Part shown: in pieces, positions 63,929 through 64,000 of the stretch | Layout: the number at the start of each line of letters is the position of its first letter | Numbering within the stretch: the stretch's first letter is position 1 | Assembly: GCA_009103225.1 (NCBI GenBank) | Contig: RHPI01003041.1 | Location: 31,125 to 95,124 of the forward strand | Direction of reading: 5' to 3' | Length of the DNA: 64,000 nt | DNA from: Chlorokybus atmophyticus | Lineage: Eukaryota; Plantae; Mesostigma and Chlorokybus algae | Translations under genes and position numbers: made by a program | Notes under the pieces: generated by a model | Databases searched by the model: none | Told to the model about the DNA's origin: nothing | What the model saw: the letters and a program-made list of their open reading frames with translations, nothing else

Positions 63929-64000
<72 letters not shown>
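63929..64000. repeat. (TG)n microsatellite
   Basis: Read directly; runs to the window end. Confidence 0.97.

Overview
Eukaryotic, intron-bearing, green-lineage (alga-like) genomic DNA. It is dominated by nested, decaying transposable elements (1-41.7 kb), followed by a cluster of degenerate host-gene copies (48-62 kb). The nesting could be resolved from target-site duplications (TSDs). (1) A chromodomain Ty3/Gypsy element (10562-32483, minus strand, TSD CATGT) carries in its RT (2) a second Ty3/Gypsy-type element (12229-29133, TSD AATA) encoding gag-PR-[C5 DNA methyltransferase]-RT-RNaseH-integrase-[PHD finger]. Element 2 has non-canonical ends: split/permuted direct repeats (B...A-B-A), an internal palindromic CA-GC-TG junction and a Tf1-like self-priming signature. 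It in turn contains (3) a young Ty1/Copia element (14802-20290, TSD CCGCC) and (4) a Copia solo LTR (24666-25122, TSD CGAAT). Removing element 1 rejoins a Plavaka-like DNA transposase (8145-10531, +) to a convergent Cys-rich/Tudor/phage-type C5-methyltransferase gene (32666-34359, -), which suggests a DNA transposon with methyltransferase cargo. Also present: a deleted Copia at the window start, a CACTA transposase fragment, a relic of the PHD-integrase family, pseudogenes of DXS, V-ATPase B, two GT8 glycosyltransferases and a secreted beta-propeller protein, N gaps and long simple repeats. All assignments come from motif reading and hand alignment; no database searches were run, and identity values are hand counts.
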